Positions 8,183 to 18,109 of a stretch of 29,067 nucleotides of DNA are shown in pieces. The translations under genes were made by a program, and so were the position numbers. The stretch's first letter is position 1. Every line of letters begins with the position of its first letter. The stretch lies in the NCBI GenBank assembly GCA_040225955.1, contig JBECUL010000024.1, forward strand, positions 1-29,067, in the 5' to 3' direction. Origin of the DNA: Candidatus Asgardarchaeum abyssi. GTDB taxonomy: Archaea; Asgardarchaeota; Asgardarchaeia; Asgardarchaeales; Asgardarchaeaceae. Under the pieces are notes generated by a model. It was not told where the DNA came from, ran no database searches, and worked only from the letters and a program-made list of their open reading frames with translations.

Positions 8183-10582
8183 TTAATGCCGCTGTTTCAT
8201 ATATTTATGCCGCTGTTTCATATATTTAACAGCCACAGCAATAATGAAAATTGCTGCAATTCCTATTCCAAACATTATAGTAGGTGATAATTCAAAGCCT
8301 CCTAGTGGCTGTTCTGAAAGTATATATAATTCTGACTGTTTTCCAAGAGTGTATAGGCTTACTTGTGGATCGTAATTTATTTCGGTGGTGTTTCTTGGAA
8401 TTCCAACGAAATTGGTGAAAATTATATGCCACTCTGCCATTTCAAAGTTTCTGTAAAAGGCTTGTCCCCAAGCATAATCAAATGAAACGTTAACAGTGCC
8501 ATTATAAATGTAGCTACCATTAACTGCTGTATAGTTTTTATTTACGAAGAAATCCCCAATAACATCCATAGCCCTTATAGAAAGGCCCCTTGAGGTTGAA
8601 AGGCTGTTCACAGGATAGTATACATTATCATTCCATACCCCTGTTAACAAGCCTACTGCAATACAGTAGTTTTTGGGCAAAATACCCCAATCAATATCGT
8701 AAAGTTTTAAGTTGACATCAACTTTAATGGTGACATTATCGTAGAGGAGGAGTGAACCTTTACTAGTGGTTTCAAAGGGTATGATGTGAAATGTGAGGGT
8801 TATATTTCCTTTGGCGGAGTTGCCAATAACTTCTAATATGTCGGCTGCATAGGACCACGCATATTCGATGTGTGAAGTATTAATGAAGTTTAACCCAGTA
8901 ATTTCAAAGGTGTAATAGTATGCTTTGTGCCCATGCCAAATTTCATTTTTAAGCTCAGAAAACTTTGCACTTGCGTTTACAAGGTTTGTCACAAAAAACA
9001 CTTGATCTGTGATAACTCTTCTAACTATAAGATGGGGGTTGTCTGGATGAGTTTCATAACAGAATGAGAGTCTTCCATTACCGTCACTATCGTTATAAAC
9101 GATTATAGGCATAAGCAGAGTTCCAAATGGGCTATGTTTAGAAAAAGTTTTATTTTCCCTTGAAATCAAGGTCTGCAAGGTGACAAAAAATATTTCGACG
9201 TAAGGATTTTGTATCTCAAATTCTTCACCAGGGTTCAGGGGATGTTGCCCTCCTATGAGTGGTCTAGCTGTTATACTCATTTCACCTGCTTTTCCATACC
9301 ATTCAGATAGCGGTATTGGGTTGTAAGCTACACTTTCCACATTTATTTCATTGGTGACATTGTATACGTGGATTCCGGCAAGCATTTCTGCTCCAAAAAT
9401 CAGATTGCCATCAACTACGATATCCATCAATCTATCAAAACTCGTAGCATTACATAATTCATAGATATCATGTGGATCCGAGATGTTTAATACGTGTAGT
9501 CCGTAAATGTTATCCGCAACAACTAAAGTTTCGTTATCAAATAAATCTAGACCCATTGAACACTTCAAAGTTTCATTATAATGTGAGATTAACGTAGGAG
9601 ATGATTTGCTACTTATATCAAAGACGTAGAGCCCGCCAATACCTCCAGCGACAAATAAAGTATCATTGAGAACTAAAGCATCATAACCCATACAAGGTAA
9701 ATGAGTACTAACGATAGTCGTAGGGTTACTTAAATCTGAAATATTTAGCACAATGAAATCACCTATATGCGTAACTATGTAGGCGTAGTTTTTGTCAACA
9801 ATTAAATTTTTCAAATTCATAAAGGGTTCAGAAAAACATGGTCTTAGATCGACGTTGTCTTGAATGTCAAAGCTTAATTCTGTAACTGACATAATCACTG
9901 GACTAGAGATATTAGAAATGTTGAGTATAGCTAGATATCTGCCTAATAGCACAAAAAGGTTGTTTTCAACTAGTTCAAAATCTCTAATAATTTCATCTGG
10001 ACCCTTGTGTGGACCTTTGTACCATGTACTTTCGATCGTAGTGTTTGCTAGCAAAATTGGTTCCTGTGGATTAGAAACATTATATATTAGGATGAACCAT
10101 GGTCCCCAATCTGGTAGGGGGCTTGTCGAGAGAATCATAAGATCATTTTTCATATATATTGCTGTACAAATACTATAATCAGCCACTGGGTTAGGTACCG
10201 CTTCCGTTCCTGTGACATATCTAATCAAAGCTATGTTTTTAATGTCTGAAGCATCTAAAAGCGTTGTAAAGCCAGGATCCTGCCTAGTATATGCCAGAAT
10301 TAGGTCGCCGGATTTGTAAATATCGAAGATAAACTGTGGATCATAGACTTTTACATGTGAAGACATAATTTCGTTTAAAAATTCTATGCGAATTTCTCCA
10401 TTTGGATTTGCAATTATTGTTTTAATGTTTGAATCATTTAAGTTTTGCAAGCCTCTATGGAAGTTTACCATATATCCTTGATAACTTGACATCGTTGTCA
10501 ATAATAGAAGAAATAAGGTGGTTACGAAAATTTTCTGCAGCACACTCACTTTTCGTAACAACCTCCTATTGAGGCAATACAT
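8183..10582 (-). CDS. Membrane-anchored surface protein with LVIVD-repeat beta-propeller
   Basis: N-terminal hydrophobic signal (IFVTTLFLLLLTT); repeated ILIYNVSNPQEP / LAILNISNISSP / FIVLNISDLSNP / GLYVFDISSKSSP / GLHVLNISDPHD; DSDGNG Ca-binding-like motif; many NxS/T sequons; C-terminal TM helix with basic tail. Confidence 0.85.
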   Translation of the reverse strand: MYCLNRRLLRKVSVLQKIFVTTLFLLLLTTMSSYQGYMVNFHRGLQNLNDSNIKTIIANPNGEIRIEFLNEIMSSHVKVYDPQFIFDIYKSGDLILAYTRQDPGFTTLLDASDIKNIALIRYVTGTEAVPNPVADYSICTAIYMKNDLMILSTSPLPDWGPWFILIYNVSNPQEPILLANTTIESTWYKGPHKGPDEIIRDFELVENNLFVLLGRYLAILNISNISSPVIMSVTELSFDIQDNVDLRPCFSEPFMNLKNLIVDKNYAYIVTHIGDFIVLNISDLSNPTTIVSTHLPCMGYDALVLNDTLFVAGGIGGLYVFDISSKSSPTLISHYNETLKCSMGLDLFDNETLVVADNIYGLHVLNISDPHDIYELCNATSFDRLMDIVVDGNLIFGAEMLAGIHVYNVTNEINVESVAYNPIPLSEWYGKAGEMSITARPLIGGQHPLNPGEEFEIQNPYVEIFFVTLQTLISRENKTFSKHSPFGTLLMPIIVYNDSDGNGRLSFCYETHPDNPHLIVRRVITDQVFFVTNLVNASAKFSELKNEIWHGHKAYYYTFEITGLNFINTSHIEYAWSYAADILEVIGNSAKGNITLTFHIIPFETTSKGSLLLYDNVTIKVDVNLKLYDIDWGILPKNYCIAVGLLTGVWNDNVYYPVNSLSTSRGLSIRAMDVIGDFFVNKNYTAVNGSYIYNGTVNVSFDYAWGQAFYRNFEMAEWHIIFTNFVGIPRNTTEINYDPQVSLYTLGKQSELYILSEQPLGGFELSPTIMFGIGIAAIFIIAVAVKYMKQRHKYMKQRH
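8186..8227. repeat. Perfect 21-bp tandem duplication at the end of the LVIVD gene (KYMKQRH x2)
   Basis: atgccgctgtttcatatattt at 8186-8206 and 8207-8227. Confidence 0.9.
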
Positions 10583-11140
10583 TATATATTAAATTAATAT
10601 TATTATTAATTATTAATATTTATTTATATTTATAATATTTATTATTTTTTCAGAAATTTTGCCGTAATCTACACGCTTCCACCCTCATACTCGCTTCACC
10701 AATCGCTATAAGCCAGTAGCTCCCATCACTATCGCTTCTAGACGCATCAACGCCATATGACTCAACCATGAAAGATATAAACCGAAGCTTCTCAACGTTG
10801 GACTCACCAGCATTCGCCGTAGTAATTAAGAAAAATTTTGTCCATATAGTTGCTTTGTTGAACAATTCAATGAATGGTTGCGTAATGTTATAATAATATC
10901 GCCGATAAATGTGTTATATGCGATATCATAATAACTTGCTCTAAATTCCGATTTCATAACTTCAATATAACATTGTTTTGGTCAACAAAGCACCATATAG
11001 TGAGGTGTGTTATAATATTCATCATCATACCCTTTTTAATCACCCATTCTCTGATAGAGAGATGATAATCTGGTACATTTCTGTGTACATGAAAATACTT
11101 ATATTTGTATCACAATATTGTTTACATAAGGTGTGTTACG

Positions 11141-11359
11141 ATGAGTTCCACTTTTAGTATAAGAATCTCTAAAAAGTTAAAGGAGGAAATGAAGAAGTAT
11201 TCAAAAGTTGATTGGGCAAATGAAATCAGAAAGTACATTCAGAAAAAAATAAGGGAATTAAAGTTAGAAGAGATTCTTACTAAGGCGAAAAGTTTAAGGC
11301 AGCAAATGAAAGTGGAAATAAATCACGTAGAACTTATTAGAGAGGATAGAGAGAGATGA
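11141..11359 (+). CDS. vapB: Ribbon-helix-helix antitoxin (VapB-like)
   Basis: MSSTFSIRISKKLKEEMKKYSKVDWANEIRKYI...ELIREDRER; ATG 11141 follows an AGGTG RBS; ATGA overlap with the PIN gene. Confidence 0.85.
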   Translation: MSSTFSIRISKKLKEEMKKYSKVDWANEIRKYIQKKIRELKLEEILTKAKSLRQQMKVEINHVELIREDRER

Positions 11360-11775
11360 AAATTGTTTTAGATTCAAGCATCATTGCAGCCTTGTTCTTT
11401 AAAGATCCTTTTTCAGAAGCTGCCGAGAAATCTCTGAAACGGTATGATGAATATTATACTGTTGATTTTGCAGCGGTTGAAATTGCTAATGTAGCTTGGA
11501 AACGAGTGACTTTGTTTAATGAGAGTAGAAAAATTATTGAAGAAGCATTAGATGATGCAATAAACTTCATAGAAACGTTATGTTGTGTTGTTTCTTCTTA
11601 TAAAATATATAGAAATGCTTTTAACATTGGTATTGCTACAAAGATTCCTATTTATGATGCTCTTTTTCTTGCCCTTGCAAACATTTTAAACTCTAAGCTA
11701 CTAACATGTGATACTAAGTTAAAAAACAGTTTAAGAAAAACAAAATATTTTAAGTTGCTGGAATATCCCACATAG
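11356..11775 (+). CDS. vapC: PIN-domain toxin (VapC)
   Basis: IVLDSS, AVEIANV, IYDALFLALA, LLTCDTKL: the acidic PIN residues are present. Confidence 0.92.
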   Translation: MKIVLDSSIIAALFFKDPFSEAAEKSLKRYDEYYTVDFAAVEIANVAWKRVTLFNESRKIIEEALDDAINFIETLCCVVSSYKIYRNAFNIGIATKIPIYDALFLALANILNSKLLTCDTKLKNSLRKTKYFKLLEYPT

Positions 11776-11860
11776 TACTGTCAATCTTTAAAATGCAACA
11801 TTGTTTATTGTACCTGTGAGATTAATCAGATATTGCATTTTTCTCTAAAATAGTCTCTAT

Positions 11861-12130
11861 CCGTTCTGACCTCTCACTAACTTTTGGAACATTTGATAGT
11901 AATTGTTAGCGAGAGTCTTCTTTCTCTGGTTTCATTGAGGGGCTTTCGCAGGGAACGGGGACTCCACACATCTATTTTTTTATCCCCTCAGCCTAATGTT
12001 ACATGCTCCTATAACGTCTCTATCTGCCTCTAATCCGCATTTCTTACATTTCAGAGTCCTATACTGCCCATTCGGGCTTAACTTTGCCCACGTATTATGC
12101 ATGTGCGGGAAGTACCCTTAACATTAATAT
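11861..12130 (-). mobile_element. tnpB: IS607/IS605-family remnant: 3' fragment of tnpB plus right end / omega-RNA region
   Basis: Minus strand ~12130-11980 translates, with one frameshift, as INVKGTSRTCIIRG/AKLSPNGQYRTLKCKKCGLEADRDVIGACNIRLRG* (Zn ribbon + RuvC-III DRDxxGAxNI). Followed by gatgtgtggagtccccgttccctgcgaaagcc... and ending ...cagaacgg at 11861. Confidence 0.85.
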
Positions 12131-12137
12131 AAATTAG

Positions 12138-13589
12138 TTAAGAATTGAGAATAATTAAGTGCTTAGATAATCGATTGATAGCATCTCTTAGTGCAATATA
12201 TTGAGGCCCAGAACCTAATGGTATTTTTATAAGGCCTACGGTTCCGTTTATTTCTTCTTTTATCGAGGCTTCGAATAAGAGGCTGTTATAATAAATTTGG
12301 TTTGCGGAGACAATGTAGTACTTTACGTTCAGCTTAATATTGCTAAATTTTGCTTCAATTTTTGGCTTTAGCTCGTTTAGCTTATTCTCCAAAATGAGCC
12401 TATTAATGTAGGTTAAAGGGGAGTAATACGCGATAATTACGACATCAACTGTCTTCTTAATTTTGAGTATTGAATGTATAAATTCAAGAATAGCAAGAAT
12501 GTTTGCAAGGCTAAATTGCTCTGTAACCACAACTGGAACTACAATTTTTGAGATAGTACCTATGTTCAAGTCATGGTTTGGCCTATTTAAAAATGAAATA
12601 AAAACACTGAAACCGCCAATAAGAATATTTTGAAGATCGCAGAAGAAATTGTTAAGGGATGTTATAGCTGGATTTAAACGGATATTATCATTTTTGTCCT
12701 CAGAAAGTCTACGGAGGATTTGCTTAATGAAATCATTATAAATTAAAAGTTTAAATCTATTAACGCTTTCACTATTCCTTTGATAATAGCCTATTAGTTC
12801 TTCTTCTGGAAAGAGTTTTTCTACCACATTCATATATTGTTTTATATCGAAATCAGCATCTTTAGTTAGGTTTAGCAGTTTTCTGAAAAGTTCATCAATA
12901 TATCCAAACCTCGAGTCTATATCTTCTAGTTCATCACAGTATTTAAAGATAGTATCATGGAGTATAGAATATGCCGACTCTCCAGGTAATGCTGTTAACT
13001 TGTAATAGGAGTTGATTAAAACTTCAATAAAACTAATTATTATAGCGAAAACATTGCTAAGATATCTTTCTCTTTCATCTTCATTGATTCTTAAAAGTAA
13101 AAGCGAGAGATACTGATTAAAGATAGCAACTTTTAAAGATGTAGATAATCTGTGCACCCCCATCAATAATGCAATAAATGTATCGACATCAATAGAAATA
13201 TAAGAACACTTAGAAATATTCTCTTTAAGCACAGAAGGTATCACTTTCCTATATGTTTCATGAGCTATGGTCATCCAGCCTGTATTATGAGGTACAACCT
13301 TTTTAGTGATAATCCTCGCAACAGTAAAATCGAAAGGAAAGATTTGAGAAGAACTTAAAAAACAAAATAAGTTTTGAAGTGCCCTAGAGAAATCTTCAAC
13401 TGGAGGATAATAAATGACTTTCATGATCCTTTTGCCGATACCTTCAGGGAAGAGATACTCAAGAAATAGCGAATCTAAGGTATCAAATAAATGATTACTC
13501 TTTTTAACATTAACTAAACCCATTGTGAGAAGAGATATGTCTTTCGCTTTCAAATTTTCAACTTTAAAAAGTATTGAACTAATTTTCAC
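12138..13589 (-). CDS. Hypothetical CRISPR-linked protein, 483 aa; C-terminal CARF-like Rossmann domain suspected
   Basis: Long ORF overlapping its upstream partner (GTGA). The C-terminal ~140 aa alternate beta/alpha (IVVPVVVTEQ; VVIIAYYSPLT; VKYYIVS; LIKIPLGSGPQYIAL), as in CARF folds. The fold call is inference. Confidence 0.55.
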   Translation of the reverse strand: MKISSILFKVENLKAKDISLLTMGLVNVKKSNHLFDTLDSLFLEYLFPEGIGKRIMKVIYYPPVEDFSRALQNLFCFLSSSQIFPFDFTVARIITKKVVPHNTGWMTIAHETYRKVIPSVLKENISKCSYISIDVDTFIALLMGVHRLSTSLKVAIFNQYLSLLLLRINEDERERYLSNVFAIIISFIEVLINSYYKLTALPGESAYSILHDTIFKYCDELEDIDSRFGYIDELFRKLLNLTKDADFDIKQYMNVVEKLFPEEELIGYYQRNSESVNRFKLLIYNDFIKQILRRLSEDKNDNIRLNPAITSLNNFFCDLQNILIGGFSVFISFLNRPNHDLNIGTISKIVVPVVVTEQFSLANILAILEFIHSILKIKKTVDVVIIAYYSPLTYINRLILENKLNELKPKIEAKFSNIKLNVKYYIVSANQIYYNSLLFEASIKEEINGTVGLIKIPLGSGPQYIALRDAINRLSKHLIILNS

Positions 13590-15043
13590 TTACCCCCTTT
13601 TATAGTAAATAATTTGAAAAACGGTACTTCAAAAATAGATGCCCAGTCATGTTTCTTATTGATTGTTGATTCTAAATCTGTCAGACTGAGCAAGTATCGT
13701 CCGTACATTACAAATTTTCGGTTTATTTTAGTTTGTCCTTTTAGTAATTTGCCTTGCATAACAAAGTTTGTCTCAGGTACAATTATGAAATAGATGGAAT
13801 CGTCATGTAATATTAACCTACTTGAAAAGAAGCTGATTATTTTCTCAAGAAAATCCTTCTTAAAATCTTGCAAGACAAAGAATAGCAGATGCTTTCCATC
13901 AGCAATCTGATTTAGGAATTCATTGCTTTTCTCAAGATCACTATCTGCAGAGAAATACCAAATATTAATGTTTTTGCTTTTACATGAAATAGTATTTCTC
14001 AATTTCGTATAAATTTTCGATGATATTTTTATTTTTTCAAGTTCTGGATTGGTAGCTACCAGTATATTGTACTTAAAATCATTGCTGTAATTAAGAGTTT
14101 GTTTGGTTAGATTTACAAACGATCTTACAATATTGACAAAGGATTCACACATGAATCTCATACGGTTTTCTTGCCTTACCAATTGAGGTAACAATAAAAT
14201 TGTAAAATATTTTTCCTCAGAGTTTGTACATGTTTTAGTGAATTCAAAAGCCACTTTTTGAAGCAAAATTGCTAAGGATATGCTTGATATAAGCTCTAGA
14301 GTCTTCTTATTAGGCCATTTACGCTCAATTAAATTGTTTAATTTTTTAATTCTTTTTAGGTGAATCTTGCTGAAATTATTTATCTTATTAAGCAAGTGCC
14401 TAAGCGCTAGCTCGGAGGTTATAAATTTTCCTAATCCATTTGGAATATTATGATCGTTGTTTTCGGATAAACAATACGCTTTTCTAATAACCTTAATAGA
14501 TTCTCGTATATCCTCAAAGAACTTATTAGCAAATGGGAAAGATGTTGTTAAAATCAACCAGTTGACAAAATTATTGATTTCTGCAATAGGCAATTCACAA
14601 AGCAAAGAAAACGCAGTTTCCTTATCAATGTCAGGCGGCACTATGTCATCTAAAATACCCCGGATCATCTCAGAGTAGCATTCATTCAAAAAATCTATTG
14701 CATTTTTAGGTATGAACAAGGAGAGAGGACCCATTGAAAAGTCATCAGTTACATTTCTATTTTTTGTATAAAGAACAGGGACGTCTGATGGGAAAATTAT
14801 ATCTCTCAAAGGCTTGCTTAGATATTCTTTACGATTAGACACGTCTTCTACAAATAGTGGAGTATATATGTTGTCTCCATGTTTTTGTATGTTTTCTACT
14901 CTTTCATTTGAATTAATTCGTAGCACTAAAAAATAATCATATTCTCTTATAGCATCAGTTGATGTGTATGTCAAATCAGGGTAAAACACTTGAAATGATT
15001 TTTCAATATATTCAACATTACAATTCTTTTTTTGTTTATTCAT
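13586..15043 (-). CDS. Hypothetical CRISPR-linked protein, 485 aa; C-terminal Rossmann/CARF-like domain possible
   Basis: Long ORF divergent from cas10 with GAGGG RBS; helical middle, then FTILLLPQ / NILVATNP / INIWYFS / LLFFVLQD / IYFIIVPE beta-strand pattern. Confidence 0.5.
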   Translation of the reverse strand: MNKQKKNCNVEYIEKSFQVFYPDLTYTSTDAIREYDYFLVLRINSNERVENIQKHGDNIYTPLFVEDVSNRKEYLSKPLRDIIFPSDVPVLYTKNRNVTDDFSMGPLSLFIPKNAIDFLNECYSEMIRGILDDIVPPDIDKETAFSLLCELPIAEINNFVNWLILTTSFPFANKFFEDIRESIKVIRKAYCLSENNDHNIPNGLGKFITSELALRHLLNKINNFSKIHLKRIKKLNNLIERKWPNKKTLELISSISLAILLQKVAFEFTKTCTNSEEKYFTILLLPQLVRQENRMRFMCESFVNIVRSFVNLTKQTLNYSNDFKYNILVATNPELEKIKISSKIYTKLRNTISCKSKNINIWYFSADSDLEKSNEFLNQIADGKHLLFFVLQDFKKDFLEKIISFFSSRLILHDDSIYFIIVPETNFVMQGKLLKGQTKINRKFVMYGRYLLSLTDLESTINKKHDWASIFEVPFFKLFTIKGGK

Positions 15044-15321
15044 AAGTAACCCTCAATAAAGAGCATCTGTTGTTATGTTTAATCTCTCTATAATATATAC
15101 TTAAGGATATTCACACTTCATAATTAACGTTATGAAAGTTCCTTAAAAGCAAAGACGGGCGCTTCCATTATAGAGCTAAGCAGTCAAGATTCATTAATAA
15201 TAATGATTTTTAATTTTTCAAATTTAAAAATAAAAATCGTTACTAATATTGTAGAAAAATTCATCAAAACTCAGTTTTAGAAAAAAGTTAGAAAAAAATA
15301 GATTGAAAAATATTCTTTAGT

Positions 15322-15385
15322 GAAAAATTTAAATACTCACCTATAGTAAGAATAATTTTACATAATCAGCTTAGTTTCTTGGTGA
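15322..15385 (+). promoter_or_regulatory. Archaeal BRE/TATA promoter and RBS of the cas10 operon
   Basis: gaaaaa (15322-15327) + tttaaata (15328-15335); GGTGA at 15381-15385 ahead of ATG 15390. Confidence 0.5.
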
Positions 15386-15389
15386 TTAT

Positions 15390-18098
15390 ATGAACGATGA
15401 AATATCATTATATGTTAATCCAATACTCTTTGAGATTAAAAAGACTATAATAAATGATGATTTTGTAGAAAGAATAGTAAAGTTCCTAAAAAGTAGAAAG
15501 TTTGATAATATTCTCACAAGTTATGATAAAGTAATCAGAAGTGAAGAAATGAACGAACTTTTAAAAGATATTTCACCAAAAAATACAGTATTACTTGTTT
15601 TTCAAAACATTATGGATTACGTTGATTTAACTAACCTTTTTGTTTATGTTTTTATTCATGAATTGGAAAGAAAAAATAAGCAGTTATTGGAGAAAAGTGA
15701 TTTTTTCAAAAGTTTTAAGATGAACAACATAAATGAATTTATAAATTTTATTAGACTTGTCGTTTTTCTAAAAGCAATTTTAAAACGATCAAAAAAACTT
15801 TACAACGGGCTAATTACAGTGCTGAAAGAAAAAGATTTAGAATACGTGGAAAAAATAGTTAACGCGATAGAGAAGATTAATGTTAGTTCTCAATTTAGTG
15901 AAGACATCGTTTGTCGAATAATAAATCTTTCATTTAATCTAGCAGAAAAAGGCTTTATTCCTTTTTTCAGTTTTATTATAGAAGGTTTTAGAAATAATAA
16001 CCAAGAAAGTTATCCAAAAAATTCGTTTTTTCATGCCTTTCGATGGCTTTTTAATGAATTAACCACATATGCAGACTTATTTGAAGATAAAGATACACTC
16101 ATTTTGATATCAGAAGCTTTTGAGAAAAAAGATCTGAACGTACTATATGAACTTAAGTTGGTCCCTAGGAATATAACATTTAGCACTATTGAAGAAATCA
16201 GCAATACACTAATCCCAGGCATATGGAACAACTATAAAGATATATTGGAAAATACGAGAATTTCAGTGATTTTGATTGATCTAAAAGGCATACAGAAATT
16301 TATAACACGATCAGAATATCGTTTTTACTTGGCAGGAGCTAGTTCATATATTGAAACTACTCTTAGAGAAATTAATGAAGAGCTGATTAATAAAGGAATC
16401 CCACCTGAATGCATAATTTTTAGTACTGGAGGAGGAATTTTATTAGTAGTCCCAGAAAATAAGGCGACCGATGCGTATTCAATCATTTCAAATAACGTGA
16501 AAAGGCGATTTGGTACGGCAGTAGGTATCAGAACCAACTACTCTAACTTTAAAAATAAATATCTTTTTCATCCGATTGAATTAATATATGGTCCAATTTA
16601 TTCGTGGCAATCACAAAATAACCTACCAATGAGGGGATTTGGTGGAATTTTTAATTATATTTTAAAAAATCTTGAAGATAAAACGCTAAATGAGCGTTTT
16701 GCAGTTCATAATTTAACATATAATGATATATGCGCTGTATGTTTTAATAAAAAAGGTGAAAATCGAAATAATCCAGAAGACGCTCAAATAATAGAAAAAG
16801 TAGCAGGACCCGAATTCAAGGGAAAGAAAATATGCGATATTTGTTTTAATGTAATTAAGCATGAGTATGATAAAAAATATACTCTTAGAGAAAAGGGTTA
16901 TAGCGGATTAATTTCCATAACTGTTAAGGGCAATAAAGTTATTGCATCGGTAAGTGACTACATAAAAGAAAAGACTAAAATTCCACTTTTTGAGGTTCTG
17001 CATAAGATTACAGAGATTATTAATTCTAATGAGAAACTAAATAAAAAAATATACATAGCTCTTAGTGATATCGAATCCAATAAAATTTCATTTAAATACG
17101 TAAGAACATGGGATGAGCTTGGTAAGCTTTCTTATATGCTAAGCAAAATAGAAGAGGTTACTCATCCAGAAATTGCATTGATAAAAGGTGATGGTGATAA
17201 TTTTGGCACCGTAAAAGCATTAATGTCATCAATAGCAACATATAAACAAATCTCAAGGCTATTTTCAGAGATTTCTATAGAGGGTGTTGCTTACGGTTTT
17301 GCAAACGTAATATTAATGAGTTTAAATGAATATGCAGAAAACTACTTTAAATACATTGACACCATATATTTGCCATTTGATGTGCTATATATTGGTGGCG
17401 ATGATCTAACCTTGTTACTTGATGCAGGATTCGTATTCAGTTTTATAAAATATCTTCATGAATTTTTAATTCAAAGAGTAGGGTTGCAAAAAACAGGTGA
17501 TTATCATAAAGATAGAGATAATATCTCAGCGTTAAGTCCTATAAATTTAGGTTATTCTCTTGGAATATCAATATTTCCGAATAATATGCCTCTATACATG
17601 GCCCTTTATACGACCAATGAACTAGAATCAATGGCTAAGAAAAAATCTAAAAAGAGAAACATAAAACATGGTGGAACTATTACAGTTGCATTTCAGAGAT
17701 TTATTGGTATTCCATCCAAGCATATCATTCATGATATCTATGGACCTAAAAATGGTAACATCAAGCTAACAGCATGGCCAAGAAGTTATGACGAGCTATT
17801 TGATAGACGAAAAGGTATCTTACCGAAAATAAAACAACTTTTAGCTCATGATATAAGTGCAAATAAAATTTTACGTTTCATAAAGGTAGATGATATAGAT
17901 GCTGACGAAATAAAGCTTAAAATAAATTACGCTGCTGCACGAATGAGCAAAAGCAGGCAAGATGAAGCAAGCTTATTAAGAGAATTAGCACGTTTTTCTT
18001 TTATAATATTAGATGATATTCTATCATTTCAACTTAGAGATATTGTAGATATTATGAGAACAGTTCATGAAAATGAAAGATTACTAGCTGTTAGTTAA
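15390..18098 (+). CDS. cas10: Type III CRISPR large subunit Cas10 (intact cyclase Palm, degenerate HD)
   Basis: ILIDLKGIQKFI...LAGASSYIE, FSTGGGILLVV, Zn finger CAVC...CDIC, LIKGDGDNFG, LYIGGDDLTLL. No HD dyad in the N-terminal region. Confidence 0.95.
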   Translation: MNDEISLYVNPILFEIKKTIINDDFVERIVKFLKSRKFDNILTSYDKVIRSEEMNELLKDISPKNTVLLVFQNIMDYVDLTNLFVYVFIHELERKNKQLLEKSDFFKSFKMNNINEFINFIRLVVFLKAILKRSKKLYNGLITVLKEKDLEYVEKIVNAIEKINVSSQFSEDIVCRIINLSFNLAEKGFIPFFSFIIEGFRNNNQESYPKNSFFHAFRWLFNELTTYADLFEDKDTLILISEAFEKKDLNVLYELKLVPRNITFSTIEEISNTLIPGIWNNYKDILENTRISVILIDLKGIQKFITRSEYRFYLAGASSYIETTLREINEELINKGIPPECIIFSTGGGILLVVPENKATDAYSIISNNVKRRFGTAVGIRTNYSNFKNKYLFHPIELIYGPIYSWQSQNNLPMRGFGGIFNYILKNLEDKTLNERFAVHNLTYNDICAVCFNKKGENRNNPEDAQIIEKVAGPEFKGKKICDICFNVIKHEYDKKYTLREKGYSGLISITVKGNKVIASVSDYIKEKTKIPLFEVLHKITEIINSNEKLNKKIYIALSDIESNKISFKYVRTWDELGKLSYMLSKIEEVTHPEIALIKGDGDNFGTVKALMSSIATYKQISRLFSEISIEGVAYGFANVILMSLNEYAENYFKYIDTIYLPFDVLYIGGDDLTLLLDAGFVFSFIKYLHEFLIQRVGLQKTGDYHKDRDNISALSPINLGYSLGISIFPNNMPLYMALYTTNELESMAKKKSKKRNIKHGGTITVAFQRFIGIPSKHIIHDIYGPKNGNIKLTAWPRSYDELFDRRKGILPKIKQLLAHDISANKILRFIKVDDIDADEIKLKINYAAARMSKSRQDEASLLRELARFSFIILDDILSFQLRDIVDIMRTVHENERLLAVS

Positions 18099-18109
18099 GA
18101 GGTGTTATA

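Noticed and set aside
10650-11050. 71-aa minus-strand ORF and upstream coding-like sequence
   Set aside because: No recognisable motif or RBS; may be a decayed gene fragment but cannot be assigned.
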